From Coniocarpon cinnabarinum (taxonomy: Eukaryota): a stretch of DNA of 20,000 nucleotides. Positions within the stretch are counted from its first letter, which is position 1. Every line of letters begins with the position of its first letter. This document shows, in pieces, positions 1-12,069 of the stretch. Made by a program: the position numbers and the translations under genes. Location of the stretch: positions 172,958 through 192,957 of the forward strand of contig JAVECO010000019.1 of NCBI GenBank assembly GCA_051942205.1. Direction: 5' to 3'. The notes beneath the pieces are model-generated. The model did no database searches. It was not told the DNA's origin and saw only the letters and a program-made list of their open reading frames with translations.

Positions 1-955
1 AGGAGATGCGCTGAGTTCGAGATGGTTGCAACGTAGACGAAAAGATCTCCGAGGAGAAGACGTTGAATCAGCTCGCTTCCATCGTTGCAAAATTGCTCGA
101 GCTCTTGACCGTTTCAAAGATACAGTAGCGGCAGCGACGAAGCATGAGGCAAAAGCATTCGCACCTTTTTTCCCCGCTTCAATAATTATTTGACAACGGC
201 GGAGTCGCCTGTACGACGATGTATCCGTACGGGGTGGGAAGGTGATTGACAAGGTGTGGGAGGAGAGGGGTTTAGCCTGAATACGCTTGGCCGGATAGAA
301 CTGAGCTAGGCTCGTTGAGGCCAAGCGCTCCCGCCTACCCGCACGGGACGGGAAGGGCCCAGCCAATCTTTCGCAGTTGGCCAGCGCGCGCCTTGGCATT
401 GCGCCCCTTGTCGACTTACCTTACGGCTCGCAAAGCACTGCATTTTGGTGCAACGAAACATCTTGTTCGGGAGCCTCGCGGCCACGCACTCACGAAGCTT
501 GTGCGTGTTTCTCTCGGTAACTCTCTTGGCACGTCAACGCTGGCAGTAGGACGACCGACTCGGCATGCCGGTGAAACAAGTGATTTATGCCACTCGACGG
601 CATGTCTGCAGGTATGACATGAATCAGAAGAGTGGCTCACTCACCGACGACCCAGGCGTCCAGGCGTCCGAGACTAGCTTGGTCACGCCTGCATTTCATC
701 GTGCGAGGCAGACTAGAAGTAGCTTACGTTGACCCGGCAGTGGCAGTGCTGCATCAGGAGCAGCGTTGGGAGACGCAGGCCCACGGGTAACACGAACATG
801 TGAGGGGTGGTCTTGACCGGCGAAGTTTCCACAGGATGCAGTCAACGATGCTATTCTTTCCTTGCCTTTCCGTCAAGCGTGATTGAAGTTCTGCATTTTC
901 ACTGTCCGTGGACATTGGGCTTTTCTCTCCATAGGAATCTGCCATAGGCTGCGTC

Positions 956-3900
956 ATGCTACCTACGGGCGCTCTCGCAATTTTATCTTCCCTTTCGCTG
1001 ATATACGGGATAACTGCGGCGGCTCTTGAAACTCAGCAAAAGAACCCAGATGGTGATGCTCCAGTTGGACTAAGGCTACGCGCTTCCTCTACACAAGAGC
1101 GCGCCGGTTTACACGATTCTTACTCATCTAAAGCTGTACTGGCAAGGCAAAGCGATGCAATACAAGACCATTGCGCATACATCTATGAACACAACAGAAG
1201 TAAGCCAAGCCAGAGACCCACTTCAGAACTTGCAGTGGGCTGATTTAGCAGCAGCAACGATATTTCCAGCGGCGTTGGTGCATGCTTGCCTCAAGAGCGT
1301 GCCGCTGGATATTACCGCTGCTCGCGAGGTAAGCAAGGCTTTGCTAAGACTTTTGCTTGCGGTGTTGAGGATGTCGCAAATGAGTCGCTAAGGCTTTCAC
1401 ACTTGCCATTAGACGATTAAATACGTTTCGGAGACGATTCTCATGCAGTCAACCTTGGATTACCTCCTCGACCCTCCGTCAAGCTATCAGCAACCTCTGA
1501 TCGACGTGACGCAAATGCTTGGAATGCTTGATGAGCTGCTCCAAATGGGTGCACTTAATGATCAGTACTCATTTGAGACAGCGTTGCAGCGTGTTGCGTT
1601 GCGCATGCATGATGGACATGTGGCATTTCCAATGCCACTCACCGATGCTGTGACATTTGGGAGTCCTCTGACCTTGATGTCGCTCTCGGGAACTAACGAT
1701 GGACGTGATTTTCCCAAGATATATGTATCTAGTTGGTCGCGCTCTCATATCGCTTTTGCGACTGATGACGGCTGACATGAGAGTAGGCGACCTTCAGAGA
1801 AGCGACTATATTCGATCCGCAGTCGTTGCGATCAATGGTTACGATACCTACAACTACCTTGAGCGCTACGCCCGACTTACAGTGTCTGGGAACATCGACC
1901 CGCAGGCAGACTGGAATGACCTTTTTGACAGTTTCGCCGCGCTGACAATAGATTCCTTCTCCTCGTTCGATATGGCCTCTCCAATATTCGTTGACGAGCA
2001 AATATCCTTCAAATTTGAGAACGGATCGAGTACTGCCCCGGTTGACTATTATGCAAGCTTTGATATCTCGAGTTGTCCAACCGTGGCCAGTGGAAAAGAT
2101 GTCTACGCATGTCTTGTCGCCCCTAGTGCGGGAGAAGCAGCACAGAGCATTTTCTCAAATGATACCGAACCGGCTTATTCAACTGCAAGTGTGGACGCAA
2201 GCCCGTGGCCTTCTAATGCATTGTATGCTCTGACTACAGCCGCCATACCAACACTGAATATTGCAGAACGCATCTATAATGCAATGGCGGGCCCGAGAGC
2301 GACGGCGACCCCTGTTGAGTCAGACCCTTTGAAAAGCGTACGACCGACGCTGCAGCCTCGGAAGCGTGCCCAAGGCTAGCGAGTGCCAAAGCCAGGTATG
2401 AAACAACGTGCAACGATTGGCGAACGTGCTACAATTTCGCAGCTTACCCCTCTGATCCTGTCATTGCTCAGCCGGATCTCGGCGGTGATGGATTCGTTAC
2501 AGGGTACTACGTCAAAGTAAATAAGACTTACAGCTTCGGCGTACTTAGCATTCCCACTTTTGATGTTACCGGTGAAGCCATTGCTACTTTTTCAGACACA
2601 ATCGCTTGTTTCATTCAAAGGACTCAAACCGATAGAATTACAGAGGTCGTGATCGATTTGCAACGCAACAAAGGTGGCTCATCTATTCTAGCTTGGAATA
2701 CATTCAGTCAGGTTAGTAAGAGACTTACTGCATGGGTTTACGAACTGTTAATATTATTACTTCGTAGTTCTTTCCAGACATCATACCCTTCGCGGGCAGT
2801 CGACTTCGCGCCACGCATGTAACAAACGACATTGGCGCAGCTTTGACACCCTTTGGAGAAAGTATCCAGGAGAAGAAAAACGCGTCCTATGGAGATTTTC
2901 TCGATGATCCCTGGGCTGTCACAAAGTACATCAATCCACGGACTGATTCCCGCTTCACAAGTTGGCCATCATTCTTCCAATCTCTTGATCAGGATTCTCG
3001 CGGCGAGTTCACTGCGGTAGTAAGTATATCATCCGTGCTTTTCCACTGGCAAGGTTTTCTGACAATCTGTGCGTACTCAGAAACGCACGAACCTTAGATA
3101 CAATGATTTCGACAGGGCAGCCACCGCTGATGATGCTAGTGAGCGTCAATACGGTATCACGTACGGACGGAATATAGCCGACACAGCGCCGCCGTTCGAT
3201 GTCGATAGCATTCTCCTTCTTACAGATGGCCTCTGCGGCTCCGCGTGCGCTCTATTCGCCGAAGCCATGACGCATGAGGTAGGTGTCAAGACTGTTGTTG
3301 TGGGCGGTCACCCTCAGCCGGGCCTCATGCAAGCCGTGGGCGGAACGCGTGGCTCTCAAAAGTGGGACTCAATCTCCGTGGATCACGACAAAGCGCTCGC
3401 ACATGAACTACTTAGATCAGATGCACACCGAGTCTTAGCAACCCGCAATCCTGGCATCCTGAGTGATACAGTGACCTTCACACTCGCCGACCAAATCCGT
3501 CGAGGCGAATACGCGCCGCTTCAGTTCTCTTATGAGCCTGCGAACTGCCGTATCTTCTACACCTTTGAAAACTATCGCGACTACAACCGTCTATGGACGG
3601 ACGCTGCAGACGCACTCTGGGGTATCAATCACTATCAATCAGCAACCTGCGTGGATGGTTCTCGGTATGACTATCCTAGAGGCGCAGCCATCACTGACTT
3701 TACCGGCCCATTCGAGGACGACAAAAACCAATGGCGTGCTTGGGGTCGTCTTCACGTATCAGAAGCTACGCGCACGGACACCAACAACGACCCAGCATAC
3801 CGGTTCTCGGATCCAGGCAGTCCATTTGAAGCGTTCAGTGGAAAGGTCGCCACATCGGGGTCCATCAACGGAGGTCTGTGGGTACAAGCGAACGGCCAAG

Positions 3901-4151
3901 GCCAGCAACGGAGCCGTCCGAATCGGATCCAAAAACTGAGAAATCGGTGGCACAATGCTCAAACGAAAGTACACTTGCGACAGGCCGCTCTCAATGGGGC
4001 AGTGAGGTCTCCTCAGGCGAAGAGTACGAATGCTCCCTTCGAGCCAACAAAGGCACTCAAGGCGGAGGCTGCGACTTACGCAGCCTACGCAAGTGCTGTT
4101 GCATCGCAGTTGTGTGATTTGGATGCATGTCCGAATAGGCGGAAGAGTTGA
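956..4151 (+). CDS. Secreted peptidase S41 family protein (fungal CPAF/UstP-like), multi-exon, reading frame interrupted around 2320-2442 (possible pseudogene or sequence error)
   Basis: N-terminus looks like a signal peptide (MLPTGALAILSSLSLIYGITAAA). Hand-spliced exons 956-1199, 1252-1328, 1413-1731, 1787-2711 (with a frame break), 2768-3019 and 3081-4151 have GT-AG introns in matching phase. Typical fungal S41 motifs: ACLKSVP, QSTLDYLLDPP, HDGH, VLSIPTF, VIDLQRNKGG, LLTDGLCGSACALFAE (catalytic Ser region), VVVGG, GGTRG, YEPANCRIFYT. In-frame TAG at 2377-2379, and the downstream conserved sequence is in a different frame. About 962 aa if one base is restored. Confidence 0.8.
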
Positions 4152-4777
4152 TGAAGCGGGGACATCACGATTCGGCAAGGAAATAAAGTACGACTAAGCT
4201 CAGCATCTACGTTTGCATGATCCATGTTAGTCACGATAGGCTTTTCGGAACGTGAGACAGTTTTGAACACAGCTTGAATGTACTCTTGCAATCACCAAGA
4301 CTCCCATGCCGTTCCACCTTCCTTCGTTGTCTGAAGTCACAGTCAGAGCAGGCTACTGAAAAGACTTCTCGAGAACTCTAGTAGACCGACGCATTGGATA
4401 TATTGGACGTTGAGCTATAGATATAAGTTTGCGCAGGGCTGTTGGCGTACAACGGGAGCGATTGCCCTTACCGAAAGTGTGAATCATGTTTATCTGAGGA
4501 TTGGAAGCCCTGCAACGACTGAGTGTTACTGGCATGCGACTATGAACTTAACCGAGTATGCCATTGGGGATGGATATGGGTTTAGTTGTTACCATCTTGG
4601 TCGTTCAATTCATTATTTATCGATTGCTCTGCAACTCTGATGAAGATGTAATATCCTTGTAATCATCCACCTATCCGACTCCAATGTATTCCTCCTAGAC
4701 TCCTCAACGCCATCCCAGCTGTTGAATACCACAAATCGTACAGGTCCATCTCTCTTAGATTCGTCTCCATCATCAAT

Positions 4778-7700
4778 CTACGCTGTGCTCAACTCCTCCG
4801 CCACGTTCTGTGCTAGTGAATGCACATTCGTCGTCTTTGCCAACAGCGTCAAGAACGGAATGTCCACCTTGAAGAGTTGGTAGAACCATGATCGGAACTC
4901 CGCAGCCAGCATGCTGTCCATGCCGAAGTCGCTGAGCGCCTGCGAGGGATCAAGCTTCTCAAGCGGCAGCAGGATGAAGTTGCAGAATTTGCGGGCGATG
5001 ACACCTTGTACCGCCTCATTGAGCGGGGCACCGGCTTCCATCGCTTCGGCAATCTCAGTGGGGAGGCCACTAGCACTGGAGCCACCGGCGCCGCCGCTAG
5101 CGCCCAAAGCCGAGAGAAGAACAGTGGCTCTCGGGTCGTGAAGGACAGGCGACTCGCCTTCGAAGCCCTTCTTGCGCAGGTTCTTGAGGCCGAACGGCTC
5201 GAGACCGGTAAGGACATGGGATGCGGCGTTGGCGTCCTCGGCGCACGCATGTTGGGCGTCACTGCTCAATGCCAGGTCCACAATCTGCAACATCTCGCCC
5301 TCGGAAATGGCTTGAATGCCCTTGCGCAAGAGGATGGCCTCGATCTCGGGGTTCTCGTGGAGGTAGCCGACCTCGGAGATCATGCCCAGGCCGATGGAAC
5401 GTGCCGGCAGGCCTTGCGCGTGGCGGAACCGCGCGAAGGTATCCAGGAAGAAGTTACCGGCGCAGTAATTACTCTCGGTCGCGGTACCGACGCTACCAGA
5501 GATAGAGGAGGTCATCAGGAAGAAGTCGAGCTCCGCGTCCTTGCCCTTAATGGCGTTGTGGAGGTTCCAGGTGCCGATGACCTTGGGGTCGATACCGGTG
5601 TGCCAATACTCGTTTGGCATGGTGGTGAAGAGAGATTCCTGAAGCTTTGTCAGACGTGGATCATCAGAGGTTGAGAGGATGAGCGACTCACGTTCAGGCC
5701 CATGGCTGCTTGGATAACACCGCCAATCGGTCCTTTGATGGCGGCAACAGCCTTTTCGACGTCCGCATAGCGGACGACATCGCCACGCACCACAGTCACT
5801 TGGGCGCCTTGGTCTTCCAAGTCTTCCACAAGTTGACGGGCAGGAGTTCTGTCAGTCCCGGAACGTCCAAGGAACACAAATTTGCGGGCGCCGCGCGACA
5901 TCATCCATTTGGACATGCTTCGCCCAAGACCTCCCAAGCATCCAATCATCAGGTATGATTTGTCAGCGGAGAAGACACTGCTGTGCTTGGGTGGCAGATA
6001 CTGCATTCACGTTAGTAATTGTTCAACAAATCCCATGGGGCTGGTGGGACAAACCTGAACCATAGCAGTCGGGTCTTCAAGAGACACGACGATCTTGCCC
6101 ATCCTGTTGATCACTCCAAACTCCTGGAAGGCGGCTGCTACCTCTGACGCATCGAAGTGGGCAACTTGAGCATTGCGGATATGTCCAGCGCGGTAGAGGT
6201 TCATGGTCTCTTGGAGCAGCTCATTCCATGTACGATGATGGCTGGGGCTGGAGCTCTCGTACAGCTGACCGAGGTCAAACGCAGAGAAAGTGGCGCTCTG
6301 TTTGAACTTGGACATCTCCAAGACACCCGCGTCAGCAATGTCCTTCTTACCTAGTTCGATGAAGCGACCAAATGGAGCACAAGCCCTCCAGCTATCATGC
6401 AGGAGGTCGCCTGAGAGCGAGTTGAGCACTACGTCCACACCGGTTCCATTTGTAGCTGACATGATGGCAGGCAGGAAGCTGGAATCGTGAGAGTTGAAGA
6501 TGTGGCTCGGGTTGAGTCCAAACTCATCAGCAAGATACTCTCTCTTCGACTCAGAGCCAGCGGTCGCGTAGATTTCAGCACGGAGGATCTGGGCGATCTG
6601 AATGGCAGCAAGGCCAAGGCCGCCGGCAGCTGAGTGAATCAAGACAGATTCACCTTGGCGAAGATTGGCTCGGTTCTTGAGAGCGTACAGCGCCGTTGAG
6701 AAGACGAGCGGCAGTGCAGCAACATCTGTAGCAGCCTCTCTGTCCTCAAGCTTGACACAGGCCCACTCCGGCAATTGCTTGACGGTAGCAAACTGCGATG
6801 GAGCCATGCTGACCACGCGATCACCCCTTTGGAGGTTTTTGACAGAGGGACCGACATTGGTAATAACGCCAACTGCGTCGCTGTTACAAGCTGCGTCTTT
6901 GGTTTCCACCTTGCCAGTGAGGGTGTAGTAGTCCTTTGCGTTGATTCCAGCAGCTGTAACGGACATCTCAACATGATCAGCGGGCAAAGATTCCAAAGTC
7001 GACGGCTTGAAGTGCAAAGTGTCAAGTTGACCAACAGATTCCACAGACAACTGAGCAGCTCCAATGTCTGCAACCCGAGTTGGGACCAGACCCGCACGTT
7101 GTCGGCGCGTGAAAGTCGCGTTGATCTCCGGCTCTTCCACAAAACGGCTTACGTGCAGAACGCCGCCCTTCTGAACGTATTCAAAATCGGGCTTGGCTTC
7201 TGAAAGAAGCTGGGTGAGGACCGTAATGATGTTGTTGGTCGTGTGCTTGTGGTCAGTGTTACCCCTCTCTAAATCCAACGTGCTGAACGTTAATGACGGC
7301 TGCTCGAGCATCAAGGCACGCGACAAGCCATTTACTAGACCCATGTCGGGTTGTGCACCGTTCAGCAGATCTCCGTTGGTCACCCAAAGGAGGTTCGCAG
7401 CATTGTCTGTAAGCACCTTGACTGCATGGTACTCGCTGTCTGTGCTGCCGGCAAGCAAAGGCTCGGCGGCCTCGAACAAACATACAACAGTGGATTTGGC
7501 GGGCAGAGCGGCAACGGAGAGCTTCGAAAGCGGCAAGACGACGACGTCGGTCGCGAAAGTCTGGCTCAGTGTCTCCTTGAGCTCTGTCTGCCATTCTGTG
7601 AGGCGTTCTTCACGAGTCGCAAGAACCAGGCTCGATTTCATCATCGCGTCCTTTGTCTTCTGGCTGGGCCGTTGAGCAAATACGAGGCTCTCTGAGCTCG

Positions 7701-10700
7701 TAGGAGACGTCTTTGTTTCTGCGACTTCGAAGCCAACTTCGATTAGTTTCTTGATCGAGGCTGCCTCAAGAGATCCCAATACGTAGCTGGCTTGAGCGAC
7801 AAACGGGTCCTGCATATCAGTAGCAGCAGTAGCTATGACAACATCAAATGTTTCGTCCGTGTTGGCAGTGCCTTCGTGCTTCTTCACGGCCTCAACAGTT
7901 GAATACTGCTCAAGTTGAATCTTCTCATCCTCGCCCACAAGCTTGCGAGCGTATTTGGCGCATCGAGCATATCCGGATCCCACGTGTAGTTGCTCTGCAA
8001 CACTCATGGAAAGTGTTGTGTCATTCATGCTGAGGTCAACGTAGCTGAGCCCAGCGTCTTTGTGAGCCAGCGAGCCAGCGAGGGCAGCGAGATTTGTTCC
8101 GCTTGGCAAGTAGTTGTTGAGGTTGGCACTGGTGGCACGCGTGACGTCTGGCTTCCACACTACCCGCAGCATGGGATGGCGGTCTTCGTCGTCTGTCTGT
8201 TGCTCACTACCCTGGTATGCAAGGCAACGAACCTCACGGAACTGTACAATAGTGTCTTGAGTCTGCTCGTCATACAGCTCGGACATGATGTCCACGGAGC
8301 CAAATCCGGTCTTCTCTGACTTTGCGTCGATTCGCCAGGTTGCCTCAGCATCCTTGGGTGGAGGTCGAATGCTCATGTGGCCGATGCGAACCGGAACTTT
8401 CGCATGCAAGTCATTGACGACACCACAAGATGTCGCAACTAGTGAACACTGAAGAAGCGCATCAATGGTTGCTGGGTGGACCATGTAGTCTGACTCAAGG
8501 TAATTGCTGTCAGTCTCAGGTACGAGATTCGTCTTTGCGCTCGCAATGGTTTCGTCACGGCGACGGGGGACGTTGATTTCCTTCATTGATCGGAAAGGCC
8601 CATCAAAATTGAGACCGACGTTCGCAAAGCGCTCGTACCATACGCGGGGAGCGTTAGGCTGTAACTTGCCGGGCTCCAGGATAACTTGCCGATCGATAGA
8701 GGTACGAGCGTCGAGCGCAATCTCGCCACGCGCGTGGACAATGGCACCTTCACTAGCGAACGAAGAAATAGAAAACTCATACCACTTGCCGGAAGTCGAT
8801 GCTGATGAAATTGATCGGGGACGCATCTCCGTGAAGATCTCAACACCACTAGCAGCTTCATCTTCAAGGGTCAAGGCCGCAGCAATGGTCGTGTCCCGCA
8901 GATTGATTGACGAGACACTGTCAGCACTGGTTCCGGTGTATTGACAAAGGGCTTCGACGGCCATTGCGAGATATGCAGCTCCTGGAACAACGGTCGTTTT
9001 GGACAGCTTGTGTCCAGGTAGCCACGGGAGGTCGTTACTTTTCAGCACGTTGCGCCAAGTCATGGTCAATTTGCTTCCCCCAAGGATGGCAGAGCCCAAC
9101 AAATCATGACGTCTGTATTTGCGGTTGCGGTATTCGGTGCTTGCACGAGATTCGTTCCATAGATCTTGATCGTAAGTCCAATGGTAGTTGGGAAGGTTGA
9201 CGAGGACCTTAGGGGTGGTGTAGCCACCATTGCCAGCTGCTGCTTCCGGGACTAGGTTGACAAGGTCAAAGGCAACATCATAGCCCGCGTTGAAAAGTTT
9301 TCCGACGACGCCGAGCGCAGTGACGACTGAATGTTTACCTCGTGTCAGTGCCGATGCGTAGGGCAACGACGTGTTTTCCAGAGTCGCAGTAGTCTGCTTG
9401 ATAGGCAGTTCAAGCGCGCCGTGGGGGCCCAGCTCGATGAGGAAGTATTTCTGGCTCTCCACAAGGGCTTTGACGGCGCCAGCAAAGCGCACAGGGTTTT
9501 CAAGATTCGAGCGCCAGTAGGCTGCAGTCCTGGTCTGGTTTGAAACAACCTCCTCGTTAGTGACAGAAGACACAAATTTTGTACCGGTGAACTTCGTAGG
9601 TGGCCGGTTAGGCAGTTGTCTCAAAGCCTCTGTCAAAAGCGCCTCATATTCGTCGCCAATCGCGGCCATGTGGTGGGAGTGGTAGGCCCGACCGTCGGTC
9701 TTGAGTTTTCGAGCGAATGTGCCTTTGTTCTGCAAATCAGTGAAGAGCACATCAATACCTTCGGAGTCGCCACTGATTGTCACGCTTTCCGGGCTGTTCA
9801 CGCACGCCACACGGATTGAGGACTGAAGTTTCAGATCTGCGATGACTTCATTTGCTGCTTCAGGTGAAAGGCCCGCAGCCATCATTGTACCATTTAGCTG
9901 ACTCTTGGCCACAACGAAGCCACGATAGTAAGCTGAGACGATAGCTTCGCCTGCATCCATGTGTCCAGCAGCAAAGGCAGCTGCAATTTCTCCAGAAGAA
10001 TGTCCGATCACGGCAGCAGGGTTTACGTTCCAGCTCCGGTACAATTCGACGAGTGCAACCTGAATGGCCGTACAGACAGGTTGTGAGTGAGACGCTTTGT
10101 TGATCTGGCTCGTCTCGACGGGCTCCAAGATGGCAGATTCGAGTGTCCATGCAGGTGGATGAGGCACAGACTTGAGGACTGCATCAAGGCTCTGGATACT
10201 GGCTTTGAAGATGGGAAACTCGGCCATCAGCTCACGGCCCATGCCTGCCCATTGAGCGCCCTGCCCCGTGAAAACGAAGGCATAAGGGAGCGTTTGCTGA
10301 CCTGTGCCCTCGCCAGCGATGACGTGATCTCCAGAGAGATCTACAGGGAGCTTCCGCTGATCCGCTACAATGAATCCACGGGTGGAGAAGCGACTTCGAT
10401 GTTCTGCCAAAGTATAGGCGAGGTCCGAGACGTTGGTCTGTCCAATTATCTCGCTAGATCCAAGATCATTTACCCATCCGAGCATAGAAGCCTTATTGTA
10501 TGCTGAAAAGGGGAGTAAATAGTGCTCCCGAGTGGAAGTGTTGGGCGGGTTTGGATGTTGAACATTAGCGATGGAGGCTGGAACCCCCTCAAGAATGGCA
10601 TGCGCGTTAGCGCCGCCGTAGCCGAACGAGTTAATACCAGCTCTCTTCGTCTCACACTTTGGCCATGCCGTTTGCTTGGACACGATCTCAACATTCCATT

Positions 10701-12069
10701 CGTCAAGCTTAATCTTGGGGTTTACATTCTTCACACCAATCGTCTCCGGGATGACTTTGTGTTCCATTGCCATAGAGACCTTCATGATGCTCGAAATGGC
10801 GCTGGCGGCCTCAGAGTGCCCAAGATTGGTCTTGACGGAGCCAATGAGAGTCGGATTTGGTCGCTCTGACTTTCCCATCACACGCGACAGCGCGTCGACC
10901 TCGATTGGATCACCCACTGCGGTGCCAGTCCCGTGGCATTCGCAATACTGCGTATCTCTTGGATTGAGGCCGCTGCGCGCGTACGCTTTTCGAATGACGG
11001 CCTCCTGACCATCTGCACTGGGAAGTGTAATACCATTTGTCTTGCCATTGCTATTGACAGCAGTGCCGCGAACAATAGATCGGATGGGGTCACCATCTTT
11101 GAGAGCTTGGTCAAGACGTTTCACAAGGAGGACACCTACACCGTCGGCGCGGCCATATCCGTCGGCACTGGTGTCAAAGGTATGACACGTGCTGGTCTTG
11201 GACAGCACACCAGCTTTCAGCGTGCCAAGGTGTTGCTCAGGAGACTGAATCAAGTTCGCACCAGCGACGACCGCGGTGTCACACTCACCAGCGTCGATGG
11301 CGGTACAAGCCACATGTAAACAATAAAGAGATGAAGAACAGGCTGTGTCAAGGACAAACGATGGGCCGGTCATGTTGAAAGCGTGCGAGATTCGATTAGC
11401 TAAGATTGTGGTGCCCATGCCTGTGGCAGAGTATCGGTGAAGATACTCGCTGTCCTTGGCTTGCATCGTCTGAAAATCGGTGCTTGTGTACAAATTAGCA
11501 CAGAACCTTAACCCCAGGGAAATAGCTAACTTACGTAAAGTTCCCGACGTAACAACCGATGTTAGCTCCAGAAACCTTGCTCAGTGGAAGGCCAGCAGAC
11601 TCGAAGCATTCGTACGTGACCTCCAGCAGCTTCCTCTGCTGGGGGTCCATATACGTTGCTTCAAGGTTATTAATACCGAAGAAGTTATTTTGAAACTCTC
11701 GGATGTCCTCGTTAACAAGGTACGCCTCTAAGAAAGGATGATAAGCTTATGATTTCCTGCAGAACGATTGGAACGCATTGAGAACTTACCTTCCGTGCTC
11801 ATACTCCCAGGCCTATCGCCGTCTGGGTGGTAGAAACCGTCGACGTTGAAGCGGCTTTGATCGATTGGTCGGCGCCCATGACGACCTTCGAGGAGGAGAT
11901 TCCAAAGCTTGCTGGGAGATGAAGAGTCGCCGGGGAGGCGGCAACCCATGCCAATGATGGCAATCGGCTCAGATTGCATGAAGGGCCCATGCTGCTCTCC
12001 ACTATCGAATGAAGACTGTTGTGGGGAATAAGAAGGCGAGCTATCTGGGGTAATCGCGTGTGGCGCCAT
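4778..12069 (-). CDS. Highly reducing iterative type I polyketide synthase (KS-AT-DH-pseudoMT-ER-KR-ACP), FogA/VirA/SrdA-like, ~2356 aa
   Basis: Exons 12069-11790, 11727-11535, 11482-6055, 6000-5692 and 5638-4778 total 7071 nt in frame, with four GT-AG introns of 52-62 nt. KS: EPIAIIGMGCRLPG, MDPQQRKLLE, DTACSSS, HGTGT, NLGHSE. AT: FTGQGAQW, GHSSGE, AYHSHHM. DH: HKLSKTTVVPG, HPATIDALLQ. ER: LIHSAAGGLG. KR: GCLGGLG, YCAGN. ACP: FGMDSMLAAE. No TE or R domain follows the ACP. Confidence 0.96.

Noticed and set aside
2..193. Open frame on + from the window edge (GDALSSRWLQRRRK...)
   Set aside because: No recognisable motif. The purine-rich tract at ~230-270 looks more like the promoter/5' UTR of an off-window minus-strand gene.
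652..669. Tandem CCAGGCGT x2
   Set aside because: Only two copies of an 8-mer; likely slippage or chance.
315..957. Short ORFs (100, 74, 67 aa) upstream of the peptidase
   Set aside because: No motifs or codon bias; this is the probable promoter region.
1246..1254. Tandem acceptors TAGCAGCAG in peptidase intron 1
   Set aside because: A NAGNAG-type ambiguity that changes at most two residues; common.
5006..5674. 222-aa plus-strand ORF antisense to the PKS, and other overlapping ORFs through 11731
   Set aside because: Shadow ORFs explained by the codon bias of the PKS.
8975..9015. DH motif HKLSKTTVVP lacks the Gly of HxxxGxxxxP
   Set aside because: The catalytic His, the Pro and the downstream Asp (HPATID) are retained; such variation does not imply inactivity.
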